NCBI GenBank assembly: GCA_018812925.1
Contig: JAHJCU010000004.1
Coordinates: 244,289-308,288, forward strand
Length of the DNA stretch: 64,000 nt
Direction of reading: 5' to 3'
From: Candidatus Omnitrophota bacterium
GTDB taxonomy: Bacteria > CAIJMQ01
The notes under the pieces were generated by a model, which saw only the letters and a list, made by a program, of their open reading frames with translations, was not told the DNA's origin and did no database searches. Positions 10,276 to 20,271 of this stretch are shown here, piece by piece; position 1 is the stretch's first letter; each line of letters opens with the position of its first letter. The position numbers were made by a program, and so were the translations under genes.

Positions 10276-11297
10276 AAAGTCGCGATTCTTCTTAAGAAAG
10301 CTATTTCGTCAAGACACTTACCTGCGCCAACTGCCACTGCAGTGAAAGGGTCTTCAGCCATAGTCACGGGAAGTCCTGTTTTTTCAGCAATAGTTTTATC
10401 CAACCCTTTAAGACAAGAACCTCCGCCGGCTAAAACTATACCCTTATCAACCAAATCTGCGGCTAATTCAGGCGGCGTTCTTTCTAATGTTTCTCTTATC
10501 ACTTTTAGAATTGCATCCACAGGAGGTTTTAACGCTTCCCTTACTTCTTCCGATGAGATAGTCAATGTTTTAGGAAGTCCCACAACCAAATCTCTTCCTT
10601 TAACTTGCATACTTGTCTCTTCTTCTTGTGGAAACGCGGAACCTATCTTTATCTTGACATCTTCGGCTGTTCTTTCTCCTATCATAAGATTATGTTTGTC
10701 TTTCATATGTTGAATTATTGCTTCGTTCATTTCATCTCCTGCAATTCTAATCATTTGACATTCCACAATTCCCGCCAAAGAAATGACTGCAACTTCACTT
10801 GTCCCGCCGCCGATATCAACAACCATATTCCCGCCTGGGGTTTGAACCGGCAAACCTGCGCCGATAGCCGCAGCCATGGGTTGTTCGACTAAATATACTT
10901 CCCGAGCACCTGCTTCTGTCGCGGATTCCTTAACAGCTCTTTTTTCAGCTTCAGTAATGCCGGACGCTATGGCTATTACCACTCTGGGACGAATAAGTTT
11001 TCTTCTACCATTGGCTTTGTTTATAAAATATCTCAGCATTGCTTCCGTCGCTTCAAAATCGGTAATTACTCCGTCTTTTAAAGGTCTTGTAGCCACAATA
11101 GAAGCAGGAGTTCTTCCAAGCATTTCTTTCGCTTCATTCCCTACCGCAAGTATGGTTTTAGAACCCTTATGAATAGCTATAACTGAAGGTTCGAACAAAA
11201 CAATACCTTTACCCTTAGCATATACCAAAGTATTGGCAGTGCCCAGATCTATACCCAGGTCATTAGAAGAAAAACCCCAGATACGATCAAATATCAT
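10269..11297 (-). CDS. mreB: Rod shape-determining protein MreB
   Basis: DLGTANTLVY, actin-fold phosphate 1/2 motifs. 342 aa. Confidence 0.95.
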   Translation of the reverse strand: MIFDRIWGFSSNDLGIDLGTANTLVYAKGKGIVLFEPSVIAIHKGSKTILAVGNEAKEMLGRTPASIVATRPLKDGVITDFEATEAMLRYFINKANGRRKLIRPRVVIAIASGITEAEKRAVKESATEAGAREVYLVEQPMAAAIGAGLPVQTPGGNMVVDIGGGTSEVAVISLAGIVECQMIRIAGDEMNEAIIQHMKDKHNLMIGERTAEDVKIKIGSAFPQEEETSMQVKGRDLVVGLPKTLTISSEEVREALKPPVDAILKVIRETLERTPPELAADLVDKGIVLAGGGSCLKGLDKTIAEKTGLPVTMAEDPFTAVAVGAGKCLDEIAFLRRIATFE

Positions 11298-11400
11298 ATT
11301 ATTACCTCCCGTTTTTTTAATTAAATATTAATTTTCTAAACATCCGCCGTAATTATATCCTTTTTTATAAAAAAAGCAAAACAAAATAAAATATAGTATA

Positions 11401-11769
11401 ATGTCGACCGATATGTTAAGGTCTCTATTAAAAACAAAAATAAACGGCGCTACCGTTACCCAAACACAACTTCATTATGAAGGAAGTATCACAATCGACG
11501 AAGAAATAATGGAGCAAGCCGATTTACTTCCTTTCGAAGAGGTTTGGGTATTGAATGTAAACAATGGCACGCGTTTTGTCACTTACTGCATAAAAGGAAA
11601 AAGAAATAGTGGGGCTATATGTCTAAACGGCCCCAGCGCAAGATTGACTCAAGTAGGAGATAAAATTATGATTGTCTGTTTTTCTTCCTTTTCACAGGAA
11701 GAGGCAAAAAATCATAAACCGAAATTAGTTTATCTTGGTGCAAGTAATAAAATTATAAAAATAACTTAA
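11401..11769 (+). CDS. panD: Aspartate 1-decarboxylase
   Basis: MLRSLLKTKINGATVTQTQLHYEGSITID matches the PanD N-terminus including the self-cleavage Gly-Ser. Confidence 0.9.
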   Translation: MSTDMLRSLLKTKINGATVTQTQLHYEGSITIDEEIMEQADLLPFEEVWVLNVNNGTRFVTYCIKGKRNSGAICLNGPSARLTQVGDKIMIVCFSSFSQEEAKNHKPKLVYLGASNKIIKIT

Positions 11770-11790
11770 GCTGATTTTTTCCATCAGGAT

Positions 11791-12576
11791 TTAGCATTCT
11801 TCTCTTATACTTTGAATTGTCTCTGCTTTTCCGTCTTCATTAACTTGAATAATTACCGCATTTAGCAAACCTGTTCCTGAAGAAGGTTTCATTCTGTAGG
11901 GAATTCCCGTAAGAAATCTTTTTAAAACAATATCCGCTTCAACTCCTATTATAGAATCAATTGACCCGGTCATCCCCACATCGGTAATATATGCGGTCCT
12001 ATCAGGTAAAACGCAAGCGTCTGCGGTCTGAACATGAGTATGGGTTCCTATAACTGCGGAGACTTTGCCGTCCAAAAACCTGCCCATAGCTACTTTTTCG
12101 GATGTTGCTTCTGCATGAAAATCCACAATTATTATAGAGGTATGTTTTTTTATCAAAGCAATTTCTTCTAAGGCTTTTCTAAAGGGACAATCTACGATAG
12201 GCATAAAAACTCTACCGGATAAATTTATTACACCTACGGATATTCCGTTATCTGTTTTTGCAACACAAGCGCCGCAACCTGGAACACCGGGCGGATAATT
12301 TGCAGGCCTCAGTATTTTCTCATTATTATCAAGATGAGGGATTATCTCTTTTTTATCCCAAATATGATTGCCTGAGGTAATAACATCAATTCCTAATTCG
12401 AAAAGCTCCTGGGCTGTTTGGGGCGTTAAACCTACTCCTCCGGAAGCATTTTCTCCGTTTGCTATGCAAAGATTAAACTCTTTCTTATGGCAAGCGAGAT
12501 AATTTTTGACTAAGGTTCTTCCTGCTTTGCCAATTATATCTCCTATCACCAGAATTTTTATCATTGTCGAGATCAC
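11791..12576 (-). CDS. ymdB: YmdB-like metallophosphoesterase (TIGR00282 family; 2',3'-cyclic nucleotide phosphodiesterase)
   Basis: KILVIGDIIGKAGR, GNHIWD, metallophosphatase His/Asp pattern. Lies immediately downstream of rny, as in many bacteria. Confidence 0.85.
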   Translation of the reverse strand: MISTMIKILVIGDIIGKAGRTLVKNYLACHKKEFNLCIANGENASGGVGLTPQTAQELFELGIDVITSGNHIWDKKEIIPHLDNNEKILRPANYPPGVPGCGACVAKTDNGISVGVINLSGRVFMPIVDCPFRKALEEIALIKKHTSIIIVDFHAEATSEKVAMGRFLDGKVSAVIGTHTHVQTADACVLPDRTAYITDVGMTGSIDSIIGVEADIVLKRFLTGIPYRMKPSSGTGLLNAVIIQVNEDGKAETIQSIREEC

Positions 12577-12616
12577 ATAGTATATGGTTGACAGTCAATT
12601 AACTATAAACTATCAA

Positions 12617-12651
12617 CCCCGCCTGCTCTCGACAAAGGAGAGCGGGCAGGC
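12617..12651. terminator. GC-rich hairpin ccccgcctgctctcgacaaaggagagcgggcagg in the rny-ymdB spacer
   Basis: Near-perfect inverted repeat. Member of the recurrent CCCGCCTGC...GCAGGCGGG hairpin family. Confidence 0.45.
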
Positions 12652-12665
12652 ATACACTATTTCTA

Positions 12666-14237
12666 TTATTTCGCGTAATCTATCGCTCTTTTTTCCCTAA
12701 TAACGGTAATTTTAATCTGCCCCGCATACTCCATTTCTTTTTGAATTTTCTGGGACAAATCATGAGCCAAAATAGCAGTCTGGTCATCGCTAATCGCTTC
12801 TGGTTCAACCATTACCCTAACTTCTCTTCCAGCCTGAATGGCATAAGATTTTTTAACACCGTCAAAAGAGTTGGCAATGCTTTCCAGTTTTTCTAATCTC
12901 TTAATATAATTTTCCAGACTTTCTCTTCTTGCTCCGGGTCTTGCAGCAGAAATTGTATCAGCCGCCTGCAAAAGTGCAGCGTAAACATTTGAAGCGGATG
13001 TTTCAGCTTCATGATGACTTCTAACAGCATCTATTAAAACAGCCGATTCGTTGAATTTTTCCGCTAACTGAGCGCCAATTTGGGCATGCGAACCTTCCAC
13101 TTCATGGTCAACCGCTTTACCCAAATCGTGCAAAAGTCCTATTCTTTTGGCTAATTTTATATCTAACTTTAATTCTCCGGCCATTATTCCCATTAGAAAA
13201 GCCATTTCCACGGAATGTTGCAATACATTCTGTCCATAGCTTGTTCTATACTTCAGTCTGCCCAAAAGAATCTTTTCTTCCGGTTTTAAATCGTGTATGC
13301 CCAATTCAAAACAAGCTTTTTCTCCTTCTTCTCTGATAGATGCCTCTATTTTTTCTTTAACTTTGGTTACGACCTCTTCAATTCTGGCAGGATGTATTCT
13401 CCCGTCTGAAATTAATTTTTCAAGAGACATTCGGGCAATTTCCCTTCTAACCGGGTCAAATCCCGACAAAGTTACAGCTTCAGGCGTATCGTCAACAATA
13501 ACATTTACCCCTGTTGCGTTTTCTAAAGCCCTTATATTTCTGCCTTCTCTACCGATAATTCTTCCTTTCATCTCGTCAGATGGCAAAGCAACTACCGAAG
13601 CAGTGCTTTCTACAACCTGATCCATCGCAATTCTCTGAATGGAAAAAGATATAATCTCCTGAGCTTTTTTCTCGGAAATTTCTTTTATTTCATCTTCCAT
13701 CCTCTTGGTTAAAATTGCCTTTTGCTCTTTGAGCTCTTGTTCTATCCTTTCAAGAAGCAATTTCTTAGCTTCCTCTTCGGAAAGATGAGAAATCCTTTCC
13801 AAATTAGTTTTTTCTTCCTGTATGATTTGTTGTAAAGTATTATCTTTTTCAAGCAGGACTCTTTCCTTATCTTTAATTCTATCTATCCTTGCTTCAAACT
13901 CCCTTTCTTTTTGCTCCCACAACTCTAATTTTCTGTCTAAATTCTCTTCCCGATGTAAAATCTTTTCTTCTCTTGCGAAAAGTTCTTGTCTTCTTTTTTG
14001 GATTTCCGCATCGGATTTAGACCTTAATTGATATAATTCCTCCTTAGATTCAAGCTGCAGTTCTTTGCGTTTTGTCTCTACCTGGCTTTCCGCATCGGCA
14101 ATTAGTTTTTTGACCTGTTCTTCGGCTCTTTTTATTTTTCTTTCGCTTACGAATTTTCGGGAGAAATACCCGACAAAAAACAAGGTTATTCCTGCGAACG
14201 CAGAAATAATCAAAAATTTAATTGGCAATCTAATCAC
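12666..14237 (-). CDS. rny: Ribonuclease Y
   Basis: N-terminal TM, long coiled coil, KH domain ([12 protein letters not shown]), HD domain (LLHDLGKA). Confidence 0.95.
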   Translation of the reverse strand: MIRLPIKFLIISAFAGITLFFVGYFSRKFVSERKIKRAEEQVKKLIADAESQVETKRKELQLESKEELYQLRSKSDAEIQKRRQELFAREEKILHREENLDRKLELWEQKEREFEARIDRIKDKERVLLEKDNTLQQIIQEEKTNLERISHLSEEEAKKLLLERIEQELKEQKAILTKRMEDEIKEISEKKAQEIISFSIQRIAMDQVVESTASVVALPSDEMKGRIIGREGRNIRALENATGVNVIVDDTPEAVTLSGFDPVRREIARMSLEKLISDGRIHPARIEEVVTKVKEKIEASIREEGEKACFELGIHDLKPEEKILLGRLKYRTSYGQNVLQHSVEMAFLMGIMAGELKLDIKLAKRIGLLHDLGKAVDHEVEGSHAQIGAQLAEKFNESAVLIDAVRSHHEAETSASNVYAALLQAADTISAARPGARRESLENYIKRLEKLESIANSFDGVKKSYAIQAGREVRVMVEPEAISDDQTAILAHDLSQKIQKEMEYAGQIKITVIREKRAIDYAK

Positions 14238-14643
14238 CCCCTTTAGACCGCAGAGGGGATTAACATTTCAAATCCTGCCCAATAGACAGAAAAATTCTAA
14301 ATAAAGAGATTCTTCAAGAAATAACTTACTGTCTTTTTGCTCATTTCTCTCTACCGAACTTCCCAGTTTGCCAAAAGGCAAGAAAATTTTCAAATTCAAA
14401 TGTTAAAACCTATTTAGTTTGTTCTCTATATTAAATCAATAATCTTTTTCTCTGCGGTAACAGAAGAATTATAAAAAATAGAAGAGTAAAAGTCAACCCC
14501 TGCCGCTTTTGCAACAGGCGGGAGAGCAAACCCGGGTTAGAGACAAATTTTACCTTCAAAGGCAGTATTTACTGCATTTTTGAATACAATTTATACGAAA
14601 TCTCATCCACAGAGAACCTAATTTCCAAAACCCTAATGCTTCG

Positions 14644-15750
14644 TCAAGACGAATCAGACCCAATAGATTTTCTGCCGATATGTTCAAGCAAAGCGATTAT
14701 GATAAATATTACAACAGCTTGCAGTAAAATTACCGTTGCTCCAAGTTTTCCAACCGCGAAAAGAAGCGTGGCATTTATTCCTATGCAAAAAGTGACCAGA
14801 TAAATAAAAGCAACAGCCTGCGGTTGAGTCATACCAAGCTGAACCAATCTATGGGAAAAATGATTTTTATCGCCAACAAAAAGAGGTTTTTTTCGAGATA
14901 ACCTAATAAGAACCACAGAAACCGTATCAAATATAGGTACTCCAAGAATAAGAAGAGGCATAACTACAGGCAAAAGAGTGGGGTTCCCTTTGGAATAAAA
15001 GGTGGACATAATAGTTAAAGTCGCTAACATAAATCCGAGCCACATACTTCCTGCATCGCCCATAAACATAGAAGAAGGATACCAATTAAAAATGAGAAAT
15101 CCCGCTAAAACGCCTGCAAAAATTACCAAAATAGAAGAAGTAAAAAGCTGATATTGTAAAGAAGTAATCCCCGCAAAGATTAATGTAGCAACCAGAGCCA
15201 CTCCACATGCCAACCCATCCATATTATCCATAAGGTTGAAAGAATTCATAAGAAGGACAAACCATAGGACTGTAAGCAATCCTCCGAAAAAAGTATTGGG
15301 CATAAAGAGGGTAATTCTCACTCCCCAAGAAACCATAAGAATGCCGATAACAGACGTGGAAAAAAGCTTGACATAAGCGTTCATACCCTTTATATCGTCG
15401 AACAAGCCAATAATCATAACTAATGTCCCTCCTAAAATAATTGGCAATATTTTAGAAATCACTCTTTGCAGGGGGGGTATTATCTCTATAATGGATTGCG
15501 GCATAAGCAACTTAAGACCGGGAGAATTCCAAAAAAATCTCAAGATAACTATGCCGATCACAATTGTCAGTATGAGAGAAAAGAAAAGCGCCAATCCGCC
15601 GAGAAGCGGTTTCGGCGATATGTGAACTTTTCTTTCAGAAGGAATGTCCAAAATATTGAATTTTAAGGCAATACTACGAAATAAAGGTGTTAATATCAGT
15701 GAGAAAAGAAAAGAAATAGCGAAAAGACCAGAATAGATAATTATCCACAT
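14644..15750 (-). CDS. Glycosyltransferase family 4 polyprenyl-phosphate sugar-1-phosphate transferase (MraY/WecA-like)
   Basis: NLMDNMDGLA and DDIKG motifs. 10 or more TM segments. Confidence 0.75.
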   Translation of the reverse strand: MWIIIYSGLFAISFLFSLILTPLFRSIALKFNILDIPSERKVHISPKPLLGGLALFFSLILTIVIGIVILRFFWNSPGLKLLMPQSIIEIIPPLQRVISKILPIILGGTLVMIIGLFDDIKGMNAYVKLFSTSVIGILMVSWGVRITLFMPNTFFGGLLTVLWFVLLMNSFNLMDNMDGLACGVALVATLIFAGITSLQYQLFTSSILVIFAGVLAGFLIFNWYPSSMFMGDAGSMWLGFMLATLTIMSTFYSKGNPTLLPVVMPLLILGVPIFDTVSVVLIRLSRKKPLFVGDKNHFSHRLVQLGMTQPQAVAFIYLVTFCIGINATLLFAVGKLGATVILLQAVVIFIIIALLEHIGRKSIGSDSS

Positions 15751-15813
15751 ATAATTTTATTAAAGATTTCAGATTAAAGATTTAAAATTCTTAAAATCTT
15801 GAATTTTTAATTA

Positions 15814-16785
15814 TCATTTACTTTTTTTCTTATAATACTCAATCACGTCTTTTATTATATCTTCCAAAGATTTTGTCGGTTTAAACCCGATTGTTTTAGA
15901 GATTTTTGATATATCGGGAACTCTATATTTCAAGTCTTCAAAATCATCACCGTAAACTTGTCTATAAGGAATATATTTAATTTGAGATTTGCTTTGAGTA
16001 AGTTGCTTAACCATTTCGGCTAATTGAGAAATATTAACAGGCTGAGGACTGCCCAAATTAAATATTTCACCATTTGTGTTCTCGTTTTCCATAAGAGAGA
16101 TTAAACCATTGACAGTGTCTTCTATATGGATAAAACTCCTCAATTGTTTTCCATCGCCATATACAGTTATCGGCTCGCCTTTTAACGCCTGTTCGACAAA
16201 CCTTGGAATAACCATACCATATTCCCCCACTTGTTTGGGACCGGATACGTTGAAAAGTCTTGTTATAACTATGGGCAACACTTTTTCTTTATGATAAGCA
16301 ATAGCCAAAAACTCATCTGTTGCTTTGCTGGCAGAATAACTCCATCTTAATTTTGTGGTTGGGCCCAGTATTCTGTCGGATTCCTCATTGAAAGGATAAT
16401 TTTCGCTTTTGCCATATATTTCCGACGAAGAAGTAATAAGTACCTTTTTTTTATCATGAGACGCAATTTCAAGAACATTTTCTGTCCCTTCAATATTAAT
16501 TCTTATGGATTTAATAAGATTTTCCATAATATATTTGACCCCAACTGCTGCTGCAAGATGATAAATTATCTCGCATTTATCTATTAGTTCTTTCAACAAG
16601 TCTTTATCTAATATGGAGCCCTGCTGGAAATGGAATCTGGGATTATTAAAAAGATGGGATATATTTTCTTTATTGCCCGTGGAAAAATCATCGATCGCAA
16701 ACACATCATTATTTTCTTTTAAAAGCAATCGTTCTGTTAAATTAGAGCCTATAAAACCAGCTGCGCCTGTTACCAAACATTGCAT
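15814..16785 (-). CDS. NAD-dependent epimerase/dehydratase (SDR; UDP-sugar 4-epimerase / UDP-glucuronate decarboxylase-like)
   Basis: TGAAGFIGSNL Rossmann motif, YSASK catalytic YxxxK. Confidence 0.8.
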   Translation of the reverse strand: MQCLVTGAAGFIGSNLTERLLLKENNDVFAIDDFSTGNKENISHLFNNPRFHFQQGSILDKDLLKELIDKCEIIYHLAAAVGVKYIMENLIKSIRINIEGTENVLEIASHDKKKVLITSSSEIYGKSENYPFNEESDRILGPTTKLRWSYSASKATDEFLAIAYHKEKVLPIVITRLFNVSGPKQVGEYGMVIPRFVEQALKGEPITVYGDGKQLRSFIHIEDTVNGLISLMENENTNGEIFNLGSPQPVNISQLAEMVKQLTQSKSQIKYIPYRQVYGDDFEDLKYRVPDISKISKTIGFKPTKSLEDIIKDVIEYYKKKSK

Positions 16786-16994
16786 TTTGTGCTCTTCCTT
16801 TTAATTAAAAAATAAAATTGTCGACGTATAACAATAACTCAAAAATAGAATATCACACATAAAGAATCTGCTACTCTTTCAAAAAGAGCAGCAGATTTTA
16901 TAAAACCCTTAGGATTAATTGTCTTGCCAGCCTGCTTGCTTCTACGTTACCTGCTCTAATATAAAATCGGAATGTTGAGCGGGCAGGCAATCAC

Positions 16995-17291
16995 CTATAT
17001 CTTACTAAGTTTGTCTAACCGCACCTTTTTTACAGAAGGCTTATTAATCATATTCGGCATCCAATCAGGCGCATTATCAGGTTTTTTTACTTTCACTACT
17101 TTACCCTTAAAAACATGTAATCTCCACTTGCCGTCTTTTTTTCTTGAATGTTCTCTTAATTTGATAAGACCTTCATTATCCTTTAAACCTCTTGAAGCGG
17201 CTTTTAATGCAGCAGCTCTCGGTGACCTACCCGTAAAAACATGTTTCTCCTTACTGCCTATTCTTAAAGAATACTGTTTAACTGTGTCCAT
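16995..17291 (-). CDS. MC1-family (archaeal non-histone chromosomal protein MC1-like) DNA-binding protein
   Basis: HVFTGRSPRAAALKAASRG, IKLRE...HVFKG and PDWMPNMINKPSVKKVRLDKL align along the whole length with Methanosarcina MC1 as I recall it (GVFTGKQPRQAALKAANRG, IRLRERGTKKVHVFKA, PDWMPEKISKPFVKKE). Confidence 0.7.
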   Translation of the reverse strand: MDTVKQYSLRIGSKEKHVFTGRSPRAAALKAASRGLKDNEGLIKLREHSRKKDGKWRLHVFKGKVVKVKKPDNAPDWMPNMINKPSVKKVRLDKLSKI

Positions 17292-17433
17292 AGCTCTACC
17301 TCCTTTTGTTAAAAATTAAAGTTGTTTCAAAATAATCTAAAAGCTTTCCAAATCATCTGCGGATTAATAACCCCTATGCACGCTTGTTTATATCCTTATA
17401 TCAAAAAGAAACAGCATTGACAAGTCTTGTTTT

Positions 17434-18207
17434 TTATTTCCCTTTCAAAAAAGTAGAAATTTTTTTAGAAAAACTCGCTATCTTTTCACTGTTTGGATTC
17501 AGTTGAAGAGCTTTTTTTATATATGCGCGCGCTTGAACATAATCTCCGTTTTCAAAATACCACACAGCCACCATATAATACGCTTCCTCTTTCTTGTTAT
17601 TGAACATAAACTTCAATATCTTTTCCCATTGGCTTTTACCATATACCTTTTCTATTACCTCTTTGTTTTCCACGATATATCTTACTGCAAGCTTGTTGCG
17701 CTTAAATGAAGGTAGCATTGACTTAAATAATTTTAAAGACGTTTCGAATAATTCTTTTGCAGATTCTATTTCTCCAGGCATTTCTTCTCTAATTTTTACC
17801 ATCAATTCCTTAAAATCTTCCAAAGCTTCCGACAATTCTTCGTCGGTTTTGTTAAATCTTTGTCTTACTATATGGTCGTATTGTTCCAAAACATAAATAT
17901 GTTCCTTGAAACTCATTAATTGATGGAAAATTAAATGTATTGCGCGTTCAAAAGCGATTTCATGCGTCAGGAATTGGTGAGGTTTGTCTAAAAGATCGCG
18001 TATCAAATCTTTTAAATTCCAAAGCGGTCCCCTTTTTTCTTCCGTTCCCACCCATTCGGCAAAATGAACAAATTTAATTTTCCCTTCGCTTTTAAACTGC
18101 CGATATTCTTTTTTAAAATGCAAATAAGCGTTAAAAAATTGTTGGATGACATCTCTTAAAAACTCATCCCTCCTTTCTTCTAACCACATATTATCTTTCT
18201 GTTCCAT
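17434..18207 (-). CDS. Hypothetical protein with C-terminal TPR-like helix pair
   Basis: 257-aa ORF with good coding texture. Only the C-terminal AYYMVAVWYFENGDYVQARAYIKKALQLNP resembles TPR. Confidence 0.4.
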   Translation of the reverse strand: MEQKDNMWLEERRDEFLRDVIQQFFNAYLHFKKEYRQFKSEGKIKFVHFAEWVGTEEKRGPLWNLKDLIRDLLDKPHQFLTHEIAFERAIHLIFHQLMSFKEHIYVLEQYDHIVRQRFNKTDEELSEALEDFKELMVKIREEMPGEIESAKELFETSLKLFKSMLPSFKRNKLAVRYIVENKEVIEKVYGKSQWEKILKFMFNNKKEEAYYMVAVWYFENGDYVQARAYIKKALQLNPNSEKIASFSKKISTFLKGK

Positions 18208-18281
18208 TTTTCACTCCCTATATAAAAAAGCGTATGGTTTGTAACTTATGGCAGAAACTATAAACCATAAACTATCAACTT

Positions 18282-18962
18282 TCAACTCTCAACTATTTTC
18301 CCGTCTACAATTCTTATAATACGGTCCATCTTAAGCGCCAACTCTTCCTGATGGGTGGCTATAAATAATGTCCCCCCCATATTTCGTATTAAATTTAACA
18401 TAAGCTCTACAATTTTTTCTGCCGTTGCCTTATCAAGATTACCGGTGGGTTCATCCGCAAATAAAATTATAGGTTCATTTATTATAGCTCTGCCAACAGC
18501 CACTCTTTGCTGCTCTCCACCGGATAAAGCATATGGATAATGAGAAGCTCTTTGTGTAAGTTTTAATTCTTTCAGAATTTCTTTTGCTTTTTCTTTGACT
18601 TCGAATAAAAGTTGTTTATCTATTAAACCTGGTAACATGATGTTTTCCAATGCAGAAAGTTCGGGCAATAAATTAAAAAACTGAAATACGAACCCCATGT
18701 CTTTTTTCCTCAAATCAGCTCTTTGTTCATCCGAAAATTTGAGAATATCCTGTCCCTTCCAATAAATTTTGCCTTTAGATGGTCTTTCCAGTCCCGCCAA
18801 AAGACAAAGAAGAGTAGATTTACCCGCACCCGAAGAACCCAGCAAAGCAATTGACTGGCCTTCGTAAATTTCCAAATCAATTCCTCTTATCACTTCCAAG
18901 GAACTTTCACCTACCGGATAACTTTTGTGTAAACCCACGGCTTTTATCAAAGGGCTACTCAT
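18282..18962 (-). CDS. lolD: Lipoprotein-releasing system ATP-binding protein LolD (ABC ATPase)
   Basis: Walker A GSSGAGKST, signature LSGGEQQRVA, Walker B ILFADEPT. Overlaps the upstream permease gene by 8 nt. Confidence 0.85.
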   Translation of the reverse strand: MSSPLIKAVGLHKSYPVGESSLEVIRGIDLEIYEGQSIALLGSSGAGKSTLLCLLAGLERPSKGKIYWKGQDILKFSDEQRADLRKKDMGFVFQFFNLLPELSALENIMLPGLIDKQLLFEVKEKAKEILKELKLTQRASHYPYALSGGEQQRVAVGRAIINEPIILFADEPTGNLDKATAEKIVELMLNLIRNMGGTLFIATHQEELALKMDRIIRIVDGKIVES

Positions 18963-20202
18963 ATCTTAAAGTCTCCCCAACTGTTAGTTTCGATGCTCTT
19001 GATGCGGGATAAATCGTTGCAAGAAGACATATGAATAACGCCAATAATCCCACTACGGCAAACATCGTCCACTCCAGTTTAATGGGTAGATACGGCATAG
19101 AATATATTTCTTCGGACAGAGCAATAAAATGATATTTTTTGAGCAATATCCCAAGAACAAGACCAACAAGGCAACCTAATACCGCCCCGCAAAAACCAAT
19201 AATCAAACCTTGATATAAAAATATTTTCCTGATATCGGCAGAAGTGGCTCCTATGGCTTTAAGTATTCCTATCTGTCTTTTCTTTTCCATCACCATTACA
19301 ATCAATGTGGAAGCGATATTGAAAGACGCAACGATTACTATAAGAGTAAGAATAGTAAACATTGCTATTTTTTCAAGTTTCAACGCCTCGAAAAGCGTTC
19401 TATCCGTTTCCTGCCAAGTCCTTACTATAGATGCAGGACCAAGAAGAACCTGCAGTTTTTCTTTTACGGCTGGCGCTTTAAATACATCTTCTATTTTAAC
19501 TTGTATTCCGTCATACTCGCTTCCCAATCCGAGTAAATCCCGCGCATCTTCCAAAGACAAAAACACAAGCGAATTGTCATATTCGTACATTCCGGAATTA
19601 AAAAACCCTTTAACTTTAAACTTCTTAACTTTTAACTGCGTGGAAATAAGAGATACTTCGTCGTAATCAAAGAGACCTAAACCCTTCGCAAGTTCTTCGC
19701 CGATTAAAATCCCGCCATCTAAATCCGCTAATTCTGCAGCGTTCTTTTGTGGTTCTAAAACAAATTCATCCATTAAAACAGGTTTAATATATTTCTTTAA
19801 ATCCGTAACTTTGATTTCTTTCTGGAAATCAATGCCTTTAATTATTATTCCCTTAGCTCTTTCACGACACTGCAAAATTCCTTCGCCCCAAAGAACAGGG
19901 GAACTGGCAACAACACCATCCACTTGCTCTATTTTTTCGATAGTGGAAGATAAACCGTTAGAATCAGGAGAAAACATATTGACAACAATGTGCGGTTTTA
20001 ATCCCAATATCTTGTTTCTGATTTCTTCGCTAAATCCATTCATCACGCCCATCACAACAATAATCGCCGCAACCCCAAGCGCAATACCCAATATTGAAAT
20101 AAAAGTAGCAAAGGAAAGAAACCTCTTCCCCTTGCTCTTCATATGCCTAACCGCTAAAAAAAATCTGTAATCCATAGGTTTTAAAGATAAATCAAATATC
20201 AA
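18955..20202 (-). CDS. lolE: Lipoprotein-releasing system permease LolC/E (FtsX-like)
   Basis: MacB-like periplasmic domain between TM1 and TM2. C-terminal FtsX 3-TM bundle. Confidence 0.8.
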   Translation of the reverse strand: MIFDLSLKPMDYRFFLAVRHMKSKGKRFLSFATFISILGIALGVAAIIVVMGVMNGFSEEIRNKILGLKPHIVVNMFSPDSNGLSSTIEKIEQVDGVVASSPVLWGEGILQCRERAKGIIIKGIDFQKEIKVTDLKKYIKPVLMDEFVLEPQKNAAELADLDGGILIGEELAKGLGLFDYDEVSLISTQLKVKKFKVKGFFNSGMYEYDNSLVFLSLEDARDLLGLGSEYDGIQVKIEDVFKAPAVKEKLQVLLGPASIVRTWQETDRTLFEALKLEKIAMFTILTLIVIVASFNIASTLIVMVMEKKRQIGILKAIGATSADIRKIFLYQGLIIGFCGAVLGCLVGLVLGILLKKYHFIALSEEIYSMPYLPIKLEWTMFAVVGLLALFICLLATIYPASRASKLTVGETLRYE

Positions 20203-20271
20203 AAATTAAAAATCAAATATACGTATAAAAAATTAAAAAATAGGATAGAGACCATAGCCCTTACAAACCCA

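Noticed and set aside
10237-11172. Plus-strand ORFs of 158, 95 and 98 aa
   Set aside because: Antisense within mreB.
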